The position numbers were made by a program, and so were the translations under genes. A model generated the notes under the pieces. It saw only the letters and a list, made by a program, of their open reading frames with translations. It was not told the DNA's origin and searched no databases. Positions 60,994 to 64,000 of a stretch of DNA of 64,000 bases are shown piece after piece. Positions within the stretch are counted from its first letter, which is position 1, and each line of letters opens with the position of its first letter. Source of the DNA: Bacilli bacterium (GTDB lineage Bacteria > Bacillota_I > Bacilli_A > RF39 > UBA660); contig JAFUCZ010000030.1 of NCBI GenBank assembly GCA_017459425.1, positions 4,096-68,095 on the forward strand, read 5' to 3'.

Positions 60994-61926
60994 ATGACAC
61001 TTATATATATAGAAGATACTAATTATTTAAAAAAAATTATTTACTTATTTAAAAAAAGTGAAATATCTTTTACAACTAATTTAAATGATAATTTTGATAG
61101 TATATTAATATCAGAATTAAATAATAGGACTTTAAATTTAGTAAAAAAATATTATTTAAATAAAAGAATAATTTTTTGGTTTCATTTAGAAGAAATAAGA
61201 TTTTGTTATAATTATACTAAACAAAATAAAAGTAGTTTAATTTATAAAAATAAATTGTTTGAAATTTTAAATTTATGTACCGATATAGTAGTAAGTCTTC
61301 CTTTTTTCAAAAATCTTTTTGAGAAAAAATTAAGAAAAAGTATTTATGTTATTCCTAGAATAAACAATAAAATATTTAGTATAAAAACAAGAGGATTATG
61401 TAAAAAGTATAATTTAGCTAAAAATATGAAAAAAATATTAGTAATTGATTATAACTACCAATATTTAGAGTGGATATATTCTTTGGCATCTAATTATAAA
61501 AAAATTGAATTCATTTATATAGATTATACGCCGGAATTTAGATTAACAAATAGAAAACAACAATTACTCAAAAATAAACCAAGTAATATTAAAATTGAAA
61601 CAATTTTTTTTGAAGATATATTTTTAGAGTTATTATCTTTATCAGACATGGTAATATATTTATCTGATTTATATGACTATAATTATTTATCTAGTGCATT
61701 ACTAATGAAAAAAATAGTATTTGTAAAGAATTTTTATGCATTCGAATCTTTTTTGGTTAATAGTAAAAACTGTTATATATTTGATTCAAGTAATGAATTA
61801 AATAAAAAAGTTGGCAAGATACTTAATAATAGAATATCAAATCTAAGTGAAAATGGGTACGAACTTGTAAAGAATAACAATATTAGTCAAATTGTTTACA
61901 TGTTAAATCAATATTTTAAAAAATAA
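60994..61926 (+). CDS. Hypothetical protein, weakly glycosyltransferase (GT1/GT4)-like
   Basis: GGGTGA RBS before ATG 60994. The C-terminal pattern SDMVIYLSDLYDYNYLSSALLMKKIVFVKNFYAFESFLVNSKNCYIF loosely follows the GT-B C-terminal fold motif but lacks the usual acidic residues. Confidence 0.35.
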   Translation: MTLIYIEDTNYLKKIIYLFKKSEISFTTNLNDNFDSILISELNNRTLNLVKKYYLNKRIIFWFHLEEIRFCYNYTKQNKSSLIYKNKLFEILNLCTDIVVSLPFFKNLFEKKLRKSIYVIPRINNKIFSIKTRGLCKKYNLAKNMKKILVIDYNYQYLEWIYSLASNYKKIEFIYIDYTPEFRLTNRKQQLLKNKPSNIKIETIFFEDIFLELLSLSDMVIYLSDLYDYNYLSSALLMKKIVFVKNFYAFESFLVNSKNCYIFDSSNELNKKVGKILNNRISNLSENGYELVKNNNISQIVYMLNQYFKK

Positions 61927-61973
61927 CTATATTTTTATTGTTTTTTCCCTTATAATAAATATAAGGTGGTATT

Positions 61974-64000
61974 ATGGAAGATAATATATTAGAAATATTG
62001 AAAAATAGTGATAAAGCATTATCTGTTTATGAATTAGAAGATAAATTAGATATTAATGATGCTGATGGGTTAAAAGAATTATTAAAAGTATTAAATAATT
62101 TAGAAGATGAATTAAAAGTATATAGAACAAATAAAAATAATTATATGCTATTTAATAATAGTCATTTGAAAATAGGTACATTTTTGGGTAATAAAAAATC
62201 ATTTGGATTTGTTGATATCGAAGGGGATGAAGATGTATTTATTCCACCTAATAATATTAATGGGGCACTTCATAAGGATAAAGTAATAGTTGAAATTACA
62301 TCTAAGAATGGTCTTAGACTTGAAGGTAGAATTTTAAAAATAATTGATAGAAGCTTTAATTTATTAGTTGGAGAATTCTATTATAAGAATGGCAAAGGTT
62401 ATATTAATTTAGATGATGAAAAAGTTAAATTAAATATAATAATAGATGAAAAAAATTCTATGGGTGCGATGAATGGGCACAAAGTATTGGTAAAAGTTAC
62501 TAATCACATAAAGGGTTATGATTATAAAGGTGAAGTAGTAAAAATAATCGGCCATAAAAATGATCCTGGCGTTGATATTTTATCAATAGTAAACTCATTA
62601 AATATTCCAGATGAATTTAGTGAAGAAGTTATGAATGAAGTAGAAAAAATACCAAGTAGAGTGGAAGAGCAAGAATTAATTGGTAGACGTGACTTAAGGG
62701 AAAAAGTAATTTTTACAATTGATGGCGATGATACAAAAGATATTGATGATGCTATATCAATAGAAAAGTTGGAAAATAATAATTATTTACTCGGTGTTCA
62801 TATAGCAGATGTAAGTTATTATGTTAAAAGTGGGTCTAAAATTGATGAAGAAGCATATAATAGAGGCACTAGTGTTTATTTAGCAGATCGTGTTATACCA
62901 ATGCTTCCACATAAACTATCTAATGGTATTTGTTCATTAAATCCAGGTGTAGATAGGTTAAGTATATCTTGTCAAATGGAGATAAATGAAAAAGGCGAAG
63001 TAGTTGATTATGAAATATTCCCAAGTGTAATTAAATCTAGAATTCAAATGACCTATAATTGTGTTAACAGTATTTTAGAAAAAAATGAAATACCAAATGG
63101 GTATGAAGAATTTGTTGATGATTTAAAATTAATGAGTGAACTTGCAACTATTTTAAGAAAATATAAAATTGAAAGAGGATATATTGATTTTGAAATAGAT
63201 GAATCTAAAATTATAGTTGACGATAAGGGTAAAGCTATAGACGTTAAATTAAGAGAACGTGGTACTGGCGAAAAGTTAATAGAAGATTTTATGATTGCTG
63301 CTAATGAAACAGTAGCAACATGCATATATTTTATGGAACTTCCTTTTGTTTATCGTGTTCATGGTGAACCAAGTGAAGAAAAAATACAAGAGTTTTTAAA
63401 ATTTATTTCAATATTAGGTTATAAAATAGATGGTAAAATAAAGGATGTTAGTCCAAAAACTATGCAAGATATATTAAAACAACTTAAAGATAAAAAAGAA
63501 TTTCATATGTTATCAAGTCTGCTTTTAAGAAGTATGCAAAAGGCAGTTTATGATGATGTTAATATTGGACATTATGGACTTGCAAGTAAATGTTATACAC
63601 ATTTTACGTCTCCTATTAGAAGATATCCAGATACTACTGTTCATAGATTAGTTAGAGAGTATTTGTTTGATAAGAAAATTGATAGTAATACAATTGATTT
63701 TTGGGAACATAAATTACCTATTTTAACTAGTGATTGTTCTGACTGCGAAAGAAGAGCAATAGAGTGTGAACGAGAAGTTGATGATATGAAAAAGGCTGAA
63801 TATATGATGGATCATATAGGTGAAGAATTCACAGGAATGATAAGTAGTGTTATGAGTTTTGGTTTGTTTGTAGAACTTCCAAATTTAATTGAAGGATTAA
63901 TTAAAATAGATGATTTAGAAGGCGATCATTATATGTTTGATGAAACTACTTTCTCAATTAGAGGTAACAAAGATAAAAGAGGGTATAGATTAGGAGATAC
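61974..64000 (+). CDS. rnr: Ribonuclease R (3'-truncated by the window end; not in the ORF track because no stop is reached)
   Basis: AAGGTGG RBS before ATG 61974. Open frame to base 64000 containing RNB catalytic motifs (FTIDGDDTKDIDDAISIE, YLADRVIPMLP, HYGLASKCYTHFTSPIRRYPD) and the start of the S1 domain (GMISSVMSFGLFVEL). Confidence 0.9.
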   Translation, partial: MEDNILEILKNSDKALSVYELEDKLDINDADGLKELLKVLNNLEDELKVYRTNKNNYMLFNNSHLKIGTFLGNKKSFGFVDIEGDEDVFIPPNNINGALHKDKVIVEITSKNGLRLEGRILKIIDRSFNLLVGEFYYKNGKGYINLDDEKVKLNIIIDEKNSMGAMNGHKVLVKVTNHIKGYDYKGEVVKIIGHKNDPGVDILSIVNSLNIPDEFSEEVMNEVEKIPSRVEEQELIGRRDLREKVIFTIDGDDTKDIDDAISIEKLENNNYLLGVHIADVSYYVKSGSKIDEEAYNRGTSVYLADRVIPMLPHKLSNGICSLNPGVDRLSISCQMEINEKGEVVDYEIFPSVIKSRIQMTYNCVNSILEKNEIPNGYEEFVDDLKLMSELATILRKYKIERGYIDFEIDESKIIVDDKGKAIDVKLRERGTGEKLIEDFMIAANETVATCIYFMELPFVYRVHGEPSEEKIQEFLKFISILGYKIDGKIKDVSPKTMQDILKQLKDKKEFHMLSSLLLRSMQKAVYDDVNIGHYGLASKCYTHFTSPIRRYPDTTVHRLVREYLFDKKIDSNTIDFWEHKLPILTSDCSDCERRAIECEREVDDMKKAEYMMDHIGEEFTGMISSVMSFGLFVELPNLIEGLIKIDDLEGDHYMFDETTFSIRGNKDKRGYRLGD

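Noticed and set aside
1-64000. CRISPR arrays, rRNA genes, IS transposases or prophage structural genes.
   Set aside because: Reading both strands revealed no regularly spaced short repeats, no rRNA-like sequence, no transposase or integrase-like ORF, and no capsid, terminase or tail genes. The only RNA gene found is tRNA-Leu.

Overview
Visibly AT-rich chromosomal segment from a spore-forming Firmicute (Bacillota); most genes are on the + strand. From 1 to 31 kb the content is largely housekeeping: an Rrf2 regulator with sufCBD, LysM and thioredoxin-like envelope proteins, trmL, two pseudouridine synthases, ferredoxin, a minus-strand gerA-type germinant receptor operon, a RumA-type methyltransferase, scpAB, tRNA-Leu(CAA), and a MarR regulator with a heterodimeric ABC exporter. 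A small accessory islet at 18.4-23.1 kb is built around a duplicated 251-bp promoter/leader module. The main feature is a roughly 25-kb co-directional locus (31.1-56.5 kb). It joins a Tad/Flp-type pilus operon (CpaB-like, TadA/CpaF ATPase, TadB, TadC, small pilin, two TadE-like pseudopilins, TadZ-like protein, plus four unknown exported proteins including a 942-aa Cys-rich one) to a complete Gram-positive-type T4SS. The T4SS set comprises a VirB2-like protein, a PrgI/VirB3-like protein, a split VirB4, a VirB6-like protein, a SpoIID plus C39-like cell-wall hydrolase, a protein in the VirB8 position and a VirD4 coupling protein. Two further secreted VirB2-like paralogs sit in cassette-like units. 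No relaxase, integrase or transposase is visible in or around the locus, so I flag it as a candidate domesticated or non-canonical pilus-plus-T4SS system. Downstream are rmuC, a YjdF-like membrane protein, and a decayed hotspot at 58.2-60.9 kb. There, a 1.16-kb element bounded by terminal inverted repeats and carrying a YhcG-family PD-(D/E)XK nuclease gene splits the 3' end of dinD, and a second right end of the same element type follows a KilA-N-type pseudogene. The window ends with a glycosyltransferase-like ORF and the 5' two-thirds of rnr (RNase R, absent from the ORF track because it runs off the window). All calls rest on motif recognition by eye; no searches were run.
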